64,000 nt of DNA from Hormiphora californensis (lineage: Eukaryota > Animalia > Ctenophora). Under the pieces are notes generated by a model, which did not search any database, was not told where the DNA came from, and saw only the letters and a list, made by a program, of their open reading frames with translations. Below, one piece after another: positions 39,727-52,300 of the stretch. The translations under genes were made by a program, and so were the position numbers. The stretch lies in the NCBI GenBank assembly GCA_020137815.1, contig CM035352.1, positions 434,001-498,000 of the forward strand. Reading direction: 5' to 3'. Position 1 is the stretch's first letter. Every line of letters starts with the position of its first letter.

Positions 39727-40472
39727 GGGATCCCTAAAAAAGTTCAGTATTTACACAGAGTTTACACAGTCTTTATAGTCGGATTTTTTGAAACTGTCAC
39801 CCCCCTAAAGGTCCTCCCAAACTATTATGTCCCTTGCTGCGCGCGACCGGATTTTAGACAGCCATAGATCCACCCCCTGATGGGATAGAGACTTGAAATT
39901 TGTTTTGTGAGGAGATCTTGTCGAGTTCTTCCTACAAAACAAATTTCAAGTCTTTATCTCATCAGGGAGTGGAATTATGACCGTGGGAAATTTCACAAAA
40001 CCCGAGTGAGGGACATAGTAGTTTGGGGAGTACTTTAGAGTTTTCAAATTTCTTTAAATGACCATAAGTCCGGTTCCTGATGAGATAGAGACTTGAAATT
40101 TGGAAGTTACGAAGATCTTGCTAAGTTCTTCCGAACCTCCAAATTTCAAGTCTCTATCTTATCAGGAACTGGAGATATGACAAATTTTGTTATTTCAGGG
40201 GGGTGACAGTTTCAAAAAATCCGAGTATACTCAGTCGTTACACCCAGAGCGGCGCGTGCTGCGCACAGTGGCTTTTTCCAAGAAAATATTGGATTGTGTG
40301 CTGCACAAATGACAAAATTGAGCGCTGCGGCGAAAAAAGTTTCCGAAAACGCTGCAAATCGAGTGCGAAAGACGCAGTCGTTACACCCAGAGCGGCGCGG
40401 GCGCTCTGGGTGTAACGACTGAGTAAAGACTGTGTAAACTCTGTGTAAATACTGAACTTTTTTAGGGATCCC
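39727..40472. mobile_element. TIR element with nested Tc1/mariner-type MITE (40230-40423)
   Basis: GGGATCCCTAAAAAAGTTCAGTATTTACACAGAG TIRs. The inner element CTCAGTCGTTACACCCAGAGC.../...GCTCTGGGTGTAACGACTGAG has a TA TSD. Internal AAGTCTCTATCTCATCAGGAACCGG motifs are shared with 36740-36950, 38140-38220 and 40525-40745. Confidence 0.75.
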
Positions 40473-41398
40473 TATCCCGCGGCCAGCAACGTTTGCCAAC
40501 CATGATGATTTACTAAAAAGGGTAAAGTCGGATTTTTTGAAACTGTCACCCCCCTGAAATTACAAAATTTGCCAAATCTCCGGTTCCTGATGAGATAGAG
40601 ACTTGAAATTTGGAGGTTCGGAAGAACTTAGCAAGATCTTCATAACCTCCAAATTTCAAGTCTCTATCTCGTCAGGAACCGGATTTATGGTCATTTGCGA
40701 AATTTGAAAATACCCAGGGGGGTGACAGTTTCAAAAAATCCGATATTACTCTCGACGCTTCGGAGGTTGAACGTCCTTCTGGAGACTGGAGCACCGTGTA
40801 TTCAGAGTACATGGTCTGTGAAGAAGGAGGCTTTCTGTGTGACAACTGTGTCAATCCTGTGTAAAAAATTTACGAAATCGGAAATTACAAGGCTAGTGTT
40901 CCCTGAATATGAGATTTAAGGGAATAGCCGCCACTGAAACCTGAGATCTCAGTGGAAAATAGCCGTGGGCTGAACTTGAGGTTCAGGCACGACTGTTTAC
41001 CCCCTTTGTATCCATATTGGTGACATAGACACCGTGCGCGACCAAGATTGAGCTCAATCTCGGTCGCTGCGCGACCTCGATCTCGCACGCACTAGGTGTC
41101 AATGTCACCAAGTATCCATATAGCGCCAAATTTCCCTACCTTCTAGTGTTAGAAACTGTACTGACATTAGTTAATTGACAGGTGATGTGCTGCTTAGTGA
41201 TGTGCTGCTTAGTTAGGCTCAATTTCTAGTCGTTGTTATCTCAACTCATCTCATACTTATCAATGGCTGTCTTGTGCCGCGACCCCATCTGAGCGCACTG
41301 TCGGGCACTCAGATTGAGAATCAAATGGGGTATGGCACCGCCATACAGATAAATTCGGGGGAAATAGGTTCTAAAAGAAAGAACTTGAAACTGTGTAC

Positions 41399-41492
41399 CA
41401 GGAACCGACCGAAACAAGTAAACAACCAATCAGAACTCGTTATTAAGGTCACGTGACTGGTTATCAGCCAATCAGGGACCAGTCGGTTCCTG
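41399..41492. mobile_element. hAT-type MITE copy 2 (inverted)
   Basis: CAGGAACCGAC...GTCGGTTCCTG with 8-bp TSD CTGTGTAC. Confidence 0.88.
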
Positions 41493-42431
41493 CTGTGTAC
41501 TTTTTGAAGTGGAATCTTTTATGAAATTGAAGCATTCCACTTCAAAAGCTAGTACATAGTCAATTGACTTGCTCATGCCCTGGTCCTCTTTACTTACAAC
41601 TCGTGCGTGTAGCGCACTAAAACGAAGCCCACGTAGTGGGTTGTTTTGTTCAAACGAAGCCCGCATTGTGGGCTGAGTGACGGCGCCACCAACCTCTTTA
41701 CTAAGAACAGTTTTATCAATTCTGAGAGTGCATTAGGATATTCTTGCATTACGATATTTTTCCATGCATTTCTTAACATTTTACAATTAATGTGAGTAAA
41801 ATATAATTTACCTACCCAGTATCCTAGAATTTCACAACCTGCAGTGGATTTGCATATATATGCTAGAGAAGGCTGAACAAGAGAGATTTTTTCTTAGAAA
41901 CCACAAGCTGAAACTGGGAAAGTTTTCTGTTAAGTTCAAAGCAGGTCCACACATCTGCTTCTCTGGATCCTGTGAATCACTTAAAACAGCTTTGTTCTCT
42001 GGCTCGATGCACAAAGCAAGAACAGCACACATTTTTTATTATTTTTTTTCACAACTTGCAATGGATTTTAATATTAATATGCTTTTAATATTAATATGCT
42101 AGAGAAGGATTAACAAGGCAAGGGACATTTGAGACACACATTGTTTCCTTGAATCTCGGTCTGCTCTGCGTGATCTGGTTTAACCAATCAGAGCAGCCCT
42201 TTATATTGCACAAACATACCGTGCACTTATAGCTCCCGGTTTGATGTAAGAGGACATCTTGAGATGAAGAATTCTAAACGGTTTTTTTCTCTGTCCACGA
42301 AGAAAGAGATCTGTGCCTAAATGGCCGGATGATAATGGATGAGGATCGGCCGCGACCACTAGTGAACTCGTCTATTACTTATCGTTCTCAAAGGGAACAG
42401 TTTATCAATTCTGATATATATATATAATATA

Positions 42432-42602
42432 CAGTCGGACCCCGATTTACCGGGCCCCGATTTACCGGAACCCTGATTTACCGGGAGGATAAACTTCCCC
42501 CGATATGGAAAAATAACGGTATTTGACCCCGATATACCGCGCACCCCGATTTACCGGTCAAAACCCTTTCCCCGAGGATCCCGGTATATCGGGGTCCGAC
42601 TG
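42432..42602. mobile_element. pogo/Tigger-like MITE
   Basis: TA|CAGTCGGACCCCGAT...ATCGGGGTCCGACTG|TA with internal CCCGATTTACCGG repeats. Confidence 0.85.
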
Positions 42603-43317
42603 TATATTATATATAATAGTTATAATCTTTGAAATTGGATGGTTGTTACAAACCACTCTATTTAGTCCAATACGTATCTCTCGTTATGCTGTTTAACCGT
42701 TCTCCCATTACCTACCCAATCTTGAGAGAGAGAGTTATCCTGTTTATACTCGTCTTCCTAGATCGCTTATTCATGCCCAACTATCTTGTTGAGTAAGTAA
42801 CAAGTAAAGTTTCATCTGAATCACTGTCATTGCAGTAGATAATTGATGTTACGTAGCTCGAGAGTACTATTAAACACTACAAGCAGCCTCATAACGTCAA
42901 AAATAAAAGGAAACAGTTTATGTTTGACAACAAAATATAATGGATAATTTGTTTTAAATATATCTACATGCAACGAACGTTCTCATTTCGACCAAATTAA
43001 AATCTTATCTCTAGATTAATGTCAGTCCGCTCAAATCTTAACCCACTACAGGTAGCTGCTACAGTAATCTCCCCTGTTGTACAAGTTGTTGAGCAAGGCA
43101 ATAATTTCCCTTAACATATTGCCATGTTCATCGCTATACACAAAAAGTTGAGGAAACGGAGTGTTGCAAGAGTTTGAGTGAGCTGTATTAAAGCATTATC
43201 ACGCAACTATTGTATTAAGGTTAAAGAATTTAATACTAATTGTATATTGTTCGAAAGGTGACACAAAACCTGTCTGGCCATCGTCCAACCTTCCGGCATG
43301 CATGCTGTATTATCTCA

Positions 43318-46300
43318 TCAAGCCTTGCCTTCGCTCATGACAGTAACTGAGCATAGGCTCAGTGGTGCCCCGGTAGTGAGGGTAACTCCAACGCGGCCAC
43401 CAGTTGGTTTTCTTGGTAACGGAATGTGATACCACCACTTCGCTGAAATAATGTGCGGTTAGACTATAGAGGGGGGAGTGTCTTAACCCTGTCATAGTTT
43501 TATGATGATATATTTGATATCGCACTGCATTATTATAGATCAATTAGGGAGGATTTACATTTTGCCAAATTGCCAAACGTCGCTTTGCCGTTATACGCAT
43601 TTTTATATATGTAATATGTTATATTTAAATGCCCTTTGAAGCCAATTCAAAAGAGCATTTCAAATTACTAAGGTGTACGGCCTGGAACTGTTTGTTCCGC
43701 TAAATACACCACCAAACCCAATAGTGCACCTTTTAATTTTATTTTTGATTACTTTTGTGTCATGAATAGACTAGACGGCAAAGGGTTAGCTGCCGTCTTG
43801 CCAGACCCCGTTTGATTCTCATCGGGTCGGCGCTGCCAGGTAGTTGATTAAATCTGATTTACCCCATGACAGTTATCTACTCAATATCAGATGTAGGTCA
43901 TAGTAAAATTTAGAAGTTAAAGACTGGGTAAGGGTTTAAGTGAACTTGTTACATGTCTCGCCAACAGAATACCAATATAAATTCTGCACTTCCCCTAACC
44001 AAAAGTCTTAGCCTTGAGACCTTGAAGTGGGGTTAAACTTATTACATGTCTCGCCAAGTAAATACTGATCCTGCACAACCTTATACCTCAACAACATTTC
44101 CATGCGCAGTTTAATAGGATTTAATAGATTCGATAATAGACAGGGGTGACACGAAACACTTTGTAACATGTAACACGCACAAAAAGTTTTCTGCACATGT
44201 TACAAAGTGTTACAAAATGTTACATATTTTATATGACTTAAAACCGGTCCGTACACCCGATTTTGAGCTGATATGTTGTATAAAACACCATGAAACAGTG
44301 TCTTAGGTTCAGCCAAATACAAATATGTAAAGTATATTTCAGTATTTGACGTTGGAAAAGTATGTTTTTGTAACACTTTGTAACAATTTGTAACCACGTC
44401 TACTCATTTGTCCAGCCGGAAGGAGAAAACAAAACTTCCTCACTGATATGCGGCTAATAAACAATCAACCGATCCTTATTCTCAATTTGAAACACTATGT
44501 AACACTTATAAGTGTTACATAGTGTTACCTGTAACGTGCACAAAATTTAATTGCTAATCTGAACAAGATTGTCTGCGTTATTTTCTAACCTAACGTTCGC
44601 GTTGAATTTTCCTGCTGCGAAGCTGTGAAAAAAAGGAAATAATGGAATAATTGATAAGCTACTTACTTGGTTCATATTTAATTGTGTACACATGTTCTTG
44701 ATCAACAAACACGTTCGCTCCATCGATTCTTTCTGCACATTCCCTCCTGTCACATAAATGAATATTCAAAAATCATCTGAATATATTCAGGTTGATAAAG
44801 GTGTATGAACTGAATGGTCTAGATTAATGAAGATACAATTCAGATACTACTCTAGTTATTCTACCCTCCCATACAGTGAATTGAGCAATCACTGGTGAGA
44901 TTCAAATCAATCCTCAGTGAGTGTGACAATTGGCAATGTCTGGGTATTCAATGCATCTTGACAGCATATTATCACTGCGCTGGCAAGCGCAAAGGTGGCC
45001 CCATCCAACCCCCCGAAAAAAATTCCCCCAAAAAACGGCCCGCTTGCTCACAGCGTATATATAGTTATTTCATACTTTTAGCCCATTTTGGCACTTTTTG
45101 AGTGGCCATAACTCCCGAACCGGATGAGCTAGGAAGCTGAAATTTTGTACTCAGAAGCTTCTTGTAGACATCTATCGATGGTAAAAATTTCAAGTGGCTA
45201 GCTCTTTTTGTTCAAAAGTTATAACACCACCCCCAAAACAGAAAATTCAGTGTGGGGATAACTAGGTTGATACATATATACATACATAGATACATGTATA
45301 GACGCTTTGTTACCTTCCGTTTGGTCCCAGTTTGAGACGAACCAGACATCGTACGACCTTAAACCAAGCGGCAATCGACAGATAATTGTCTCGTGCATGT
45401 ACCCATTCTGGTGACGACTCTTCATCTTGCCTATGACACGCGCAATGACGTCACGAGTGATGTCATTGCGCGAGACCGACTAACTTTTTTCAAACGTCTC
45501 TAGCACCCTTGAGACGTGTTCCGATTTTTGATTTGACAAAAAATCGTTACCGGCAAATCGTCTGAACTTTCAGATACTATATAGCGAATTTTCGTAGCTC
45601 ATCATTTTGAGCCCTTAAATTGCGTCGGAAGTCAAAAATTTGACGAAAAATTCAGCAAATTGAACGTTTTTCTAGCAAAAGCTCCCTTTCCTGACCACTG
45701 CGGTCAATGATACTTTACAAGCTCCTTCAGGGTATTCATTCAAAATATATTGTGATGCAATTACGTCGTTACGACGTCACTAATTACGTCAGATGATGTC
45801 ATAATGACGTCAAAATTACGATTTTCACAGAAATTCGTCTCGTTTCTCATATAACACATCATTTTGACAATTTTACATCATGAAATAATGTCATACTGAC
45901 ATTAGAAACCAAAAAGGGACCTAAATTAAGCCAAAAACTAATTGGAATTAGTTGGCGGGAAAGGTGGCCCACTTACACCTTTGCCTGATGCCGGGTTTTA
46001 TTTTAAAATGTATCAGGGATATAAGAGGTGAGTGAAATAGAGAAAGAGAAAGAAAGGGTGAGAGAGAGAGATTGAGATACCGACGTGACGTGAAGAGAAT
46101 GACAGTTCGTGGTACCCGGTAGCAGCGAAAGGTGTAAGTGGGCCACCTTTCCCGCCAACTAATTCCAATTAGTTTTTGGCTTAATTATATATATTATTAT
46201 ATATTATATGCTGTGTTACTTGTGTGATGGTTTCGCAAGCTGCAATGTACCACTCTTTCCAAGGTACAGCTGAATTTGGATGTATTAATGTAGGAAAGTA

Positions 46301-49300
46301 GCTTATGATTGTAAACTTATTTAGAAACTTGACACCGCACGTTAAATTGTCACAACTTTATATCGCTTACATATATATTTTAATACTAGTCTTTTGTGCG
46401 TATTTTACGTCCAAACAGAGCGCCACACATAACGCGTTGAGATAACTCAGCATTAAGTTGGCTATAATAAAACCCCTCTCCGCTTATACCCTTAGAATAT
46501 GAATCGTTCGGACGGTTTAAAGTAAGACGGATACCTGTTTAGAATATTTATCTCGTTGATGATATGCCTTCCTTGAAGATCAACGAACCACCATGCGTTT
46601 TTATTATCCTTTTTGTTATCAGTGTGGGTCGTATTACCACTAGGCGGGAAGTGATTAGTATTAACTACTATTAATTAGCATTAATTATAAACTATGTACT
46701 TATTATAAAATGTAAATAAGAGTCATGCGTGTCAAGGCTCTATCGCTCCTGAGTCCAAACTAAAGTGCCTCAAGCAATTAGGAATCTTTTTAACGATCAA
46801 GATTTTTTAATTAACCATTTTAGTATTATTTTCAAAATTCCTAATTTCCATACCTGTCATATGTGTTGTTTTCATTTCCATTCACAGCTCTGTTGGGGTC
46901 ACCACCACATGCTATAGAAGACTGTTGACACGGCTTCTTGTGGGCTATTTCTGTCAGTGCGGGTCCTGATTTATAAAATGTATATTAATTATAGATAAAT
47001 ATTAAGATAACATTAATATTAATTAGGGGATTGGGGTAGGGCTTAATATTAATTGCATTATGTATCCATGTGCCGTGTTTCCTTGCCTTCATCTTCAGAG
47101 GTTCATGTGATCTGATCACTTTTAATGAGAATTGAGAATACTGTCACCTTACACAAGAACAGATGAGTTGTATTATGATCTTTCATTTATCGCTCTATAA
47201 AACTAGGCAGTGAAAGATTACATGTAGCAGGAGGGCGCCATGACGTTCTAAGTGATTAAGTTCAACCAACCCCAACCACACCATGTACCAACCCCAGCAG
47301 TCTGGCACCATGGTTTTCTGCATTGGCATACCAACAAGTATTGTTTTCATTTCATTTCTAAAATCATCAATATTTGCTTAGGAACGGGGCGCTTAGGAAG
47401 GGAGAAGAGAGGGCCGGAATCAACTTAGGGTTGTAAAATATGGACAGGGGTACTGCAGTACTAAAACATATACACTTTCTTTTGTTTATCGGGGGTGTAG
47501 TTCACTATTATTAGTCACCTCGTGTTGCAATTACTTCGTAGATAAACTATTGAAGCTGTTTCTATGTTAGATTACTTTCGTTCAACAAGTTATGGTGGTC
47601 TTTGAAATCATTTCAAGTACTATGATCTAAAACTCGAACAGTTGCACAATTCCGATTAATTATGTCATCACTTTTTAAAAGCAGTGGGTTCTATATTTCT
47701 TCCGAGAAAAAGAAAAGTGATCACAGTGCACTGTGATCATTTCTCTTCATAGCAAGTAACGTTTATATACTGTCGGAGCTTTTCATTGCTGATTGCGTGC
47801 TATTGGCTCGTTTTACTTATACTACCTCCTCTAAATGATTCGGTACCGAGCCCTTTTAACCATCTCTAGAAGCAGTATGTGGTTGTAGCTATTTATAATT
47901 CATTGATATCATTATATGTTTCTCTTTTTATTTTCATAATTCATCCACCTTCGATATTCAATTATTTTTCCTATATAATGGCTCCTAGAAACGTGCGATA
48001 TTGAGACTGTGCTAATACCTGTTTCCCCGGTACCAAAGACTTCAACTTGAGCAAGTGAGAGAGGTGCACCTGTCACCAAAGCCACTGTTATCGACTTAGA
48101 ACAGTAGTTGCCGGCGTCAAACTCGTACATCTGTTTTCCACCTGAGGAAATATTTTACATAATTTACAGCGGGATCCTAATTCCTAAATAGACTAAAATA
48201 TACTAAAATAGACTAAAATTTCACTCAGAGTAAAATATTTTTTAGGTAAATATTTCAGGCTTGGACTAATAATTGCCAAGCTAGACTGCCTTTCGCACGC
48301 AAATGTAAAGGGAGGGTTAAAACATAACAAACTAATAACACATGTCCAAAAAATAGGGAGTCTCGACTGAGAGACAGACGTGAGAAAGTGGGAGGATTGG
48401 TGGTAGTGGGGTGTAGTGCAGTATAGTGGGGCAATCTAATCGCACTAAATTCACTGCGACACTGCAATGTACTATTGAGTGTCCAGTGGTACACTGGCCA
48501 CTACCCACCCCATTCTCCTTATGCCTTCTTTGGGTGTACGGGAATCTGTCGTTTGATACTGTATCAACTACTTATTGCGTTAAATTTGATAATCTATAGT
48601 TATCACATGTCCACATGAACACCAAAAGTGAGATCGTACGTCAACGACAATATGACACACACACACACACACTGAAGTTCGAATCTTGAACCATAATGAC
48701 CTGATTGATTAGCCAAAATTGCCAAAAACTGTGAAATTGATCCATTAGGCAGTTAAGTTTGGATATTGGGTGAAGGAAACGATTTCAACTTCGGTGTGTC
48801 TCCCCTCATAGTGTGACAGTTTCTGCCCCCTGGTAACAAATATAACACAGCGAGGAATGTGTCTTTTGAGAGCACGAAAAAGGGAAAATACTCAGAAAGT
48901 TATGCTCTTCTACCTTAATCAAGCTTGTCCAATTCAATTTTTGTCCACTCTCACTTTAAATTTTATATAAATCTTGCAGTAGTATGACCCGTACCTAAAT
49001 CTCAAGGTGGCTAAAATCGCTCCGCATCTTTTTTTACTCTACCTCTACCAATCTGGCAATCTAAGGGGAAGGGTTACTTTAAATTTCGTATAACTCGCAA
49101 GGTGGCTCTGCCTATCCCAATCTAAGGGGAAGGATGTCAGCCTAGAATATAAATACACATTACTCTAGAAATCTCTCAAAGGACTTTAAAATCAAGGCGT
49201 GGTGGTTATGAACGTCGGCCCCCGTAAATTGTTATTTTATATGGGCAGCTTGATCTTATCATCCTTCCAAGCCAATCAAATGCTACAGCAATGATTGCTA

Positions 49301-52300
49301 TCAATTTTCACTGCCTGTCGAAAGCTGTCCAGGACAGCCTGTCCTGTATTTCTGATAACTAGTAACAAAAACCAATCAAATTGGTTTTGATAACTCGGGG
49401 CCTAAAGGCGTCCGGATGTGACCTTTAGTAGGTTTACCAGCTACAATAGTCTTGACGCCTTTTTGGACTCTCCTGTACAACTTACAAGTGATCCTTTTTA
49501 TTACCAACATGAGAGACAACAGTCTCTCCTCTAACGTATAGCAGCCTCTGATTCATTAATTAAAATACTGATCTCAGATGATATGATTTTCACTTACGTT
49601 GGTAGCGGATGTTGCCTAGTTTGTTCTTGTTTAGCATTACAGCCGCCCAATCGATCCTCTCAGCACACTCCTCTCTGTTCCAAACCCGGACCGTTTTGAT
49701 CTTGTACCACGCGCCCAGTTCGCAATGCCACCATGCAACACCGCCGTGCTTTGCCTTGTCTTCACCGGGTTTAGTGTGGGTAACTCCGTGACTGAAAAAT
49801 TAAAATGAGCTCTGTAGAATTGTAGACATCGCTTTCATATTTCGATATTAACGACTTATAAGTATGTACATATTATACTTATTTTGGGGGGGGGTTCAAC
49901 CCTAAAAATTTCCATTGATACCCACTTTTTTGGCAAATGGAAATTTTATTTTGGAAATTTTTAGAAATTTTTAGAAATTTTTGGAAATTTTTGGAAATTT
50001 TTAGAATTTTTTGGAAATTTTTAGAAATTTTTAGAAATTTTTAGAAATTTATGGACAATGGAAATTTTTGGAAGTTTTTAGTAAATGGAAATTTTTAGAA
50101 ATTTTTAGAAATTTTTAGAAGTTTTTAGAAGTTTTTAGAAACTTTTAGAAGTTTATATAAGTTCGTCGGTAACCCAATTCCAAGGTAATGACATGTAATC
50201 TATGCATGTTTTCGACAGTAAGTTAGTACTTATTCTCGCTATATCCCTTATCGAGTTTAAAAAAGAGTTTAAGTTTCTATATTGTATGCTAAGAAACCTG
50301 ATCTACTACGGTATTAAGCATTAGTCATGGTAAAAGGACCCGTCCGAAGGAATATTTAAAAGTAAGTTACCAAATAGCACCTTATATAAGTACATAAGGT
50401 ATCTTGTGCTATTTGGTAACTTACTTTTAAATCAGTTTTCGAGACGTCCGCGTCCTTAGTTGTCCAATGAAGCTATGATTTCTGAAGAAATTGTACGGAT
50501 TGCCCAAAAATATATGATATCGATGTCTTATCTATCATTCAATAACTTATTGATGCTCAGTTGTCACAAGAGGTAAGGAAAAGGAACCAGTTCTTCGACA
50601 ACTGTGTTTATATATTTTCAAGTTTTTGTTAATTTTTCTTTTCTTGGTCAATGGAAATTTTTGGAAATTTTTAGAAATTTTTAGAAATTTTTGGAAATTA
50701 ATGGAAATTTTTGGAAATTTTTAGAAATTTTTGGAAATTTTTAGTACTAAAAACTTCTAAAAATTTCTAAAAACTTCTAAAAATTTCTAAAAATTTCTAA
50801 AAATTTCTAAAAATTTCCATCGATACCCGGATTTTGGCAAATGGAAATGGAAATTTTTAGGTTGAACCCCCCCCCTATTTTATCGAAAAATGAAAGCTTT
50901 TAACATATATTTAGTGCACTCAACTGCAACACGGTCAGTATTATAATGGAAGAAACAGTATATATATTACTGTTTCTTCCATTAAATACCGGCTATAATA
51001 TAGGTGAATAATATTATATGGTGAGCACGTGATACTATGACCATTTATGGATTACTACTAAATTAGCACATACTACGTGATACATCACTTGGTTAATTTA
51101 TGTAGTTACTTTGCAAGTCGGAGATTTGCATACGCTGTAAGAGCACCATAATGATATAGGGACACATAATTAACATACTGCGTTATCACTGGTTATGGTA
51201 TGGTATGACACACCGTGACCCCCATAATTCGTAAATCACGTCCTGTGTGTTGCGCGACTGTGTGAAAATAGTGAGTTTTTTCGCCATAACCTAACCTAAC
51301 CATGACCTAACCTAACCACGACCTAACTTTTTATAAGAAGATAGATAAATCTATTCGATTTCGGATTTTCTTCCTTCAGACTTCCTACCAATGGCAGAGA
51401 TCACGTCCGGGCCGGAGAGGGGGGGGGGTAGAGAGATAGAGATAAGTTAAAGAGGAGAAAGAGACATATATCAGAGAAGGTTAGAGGACAATGAAAAAAT
51501 CCGGAAACGGCAATGGCGACAGTTTCAAAACAGAAGGGGTTTTTGGCAAAATTATAACAAAAAGGTACTTACTGGTCATACACTCCATCAGTATTGCCAT
51601 CCACTGCTCTTTCAGGTTTTCCTCCGCATGCAACAGAAGACTGATAAGTGGGCTTCCTTAAGGCCAGATTTTTTAGTCCCTGAACTGTAAAAACACGGAT
51701 TATTATATAATATCACATTGATGTCACGCCGTCACGGAGGGGGGATCAAATGTTAAATAACACTGTTCACAGCAACGGGAACCATGTGTGTTTAGGTCCA
51801 TGTGCATTGTGCATACTCTTCCAGACTATGATGACAAGTCAACATTTTATTGGGGACTCCTATTCCCTAATTTGGCCAAATTTAGTGGATATTAAGCATT
51901 TCTTTTTTGCTGCCACGCGATTGCCTGATTGAATGGACAAAGTGCGTTGCCCCCTGATTTGAAACTCTTTGTCAATATTTTAAAATGCGTGGTTTTAAAA
52001 TCTTATGAGTTGTACTTATCTTATCATTGACAGCTTTTATCTTCCCACGCCATGATTGAGACATTTTCGTTTAACTATCGCTATCATTTACTGCGTGTTC
52101 TCACTCCCTGACACTAAATCTAGCGAGCAATGAACGGCACTTCCGATGCATCTACCAATAGATTCCGACACGTTGTGGAAGGGTTTTCTGAAAAGGTCGT
52201 CTTCTATTCCTGGGCAGACAAGCTGATTGCAGTCATGCTATCTGGTTGCTTAGCTGCGGGAACTCCTCTCAACTTCCTGTCTCTGGTCTACTTTGGTCGG

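Noticed and set aside
40750-43250. Short ORFs and a Cys-rich snippet (CEEGGFLCDNC)
   Set aside because: No consistent exon chain or domain could be built.
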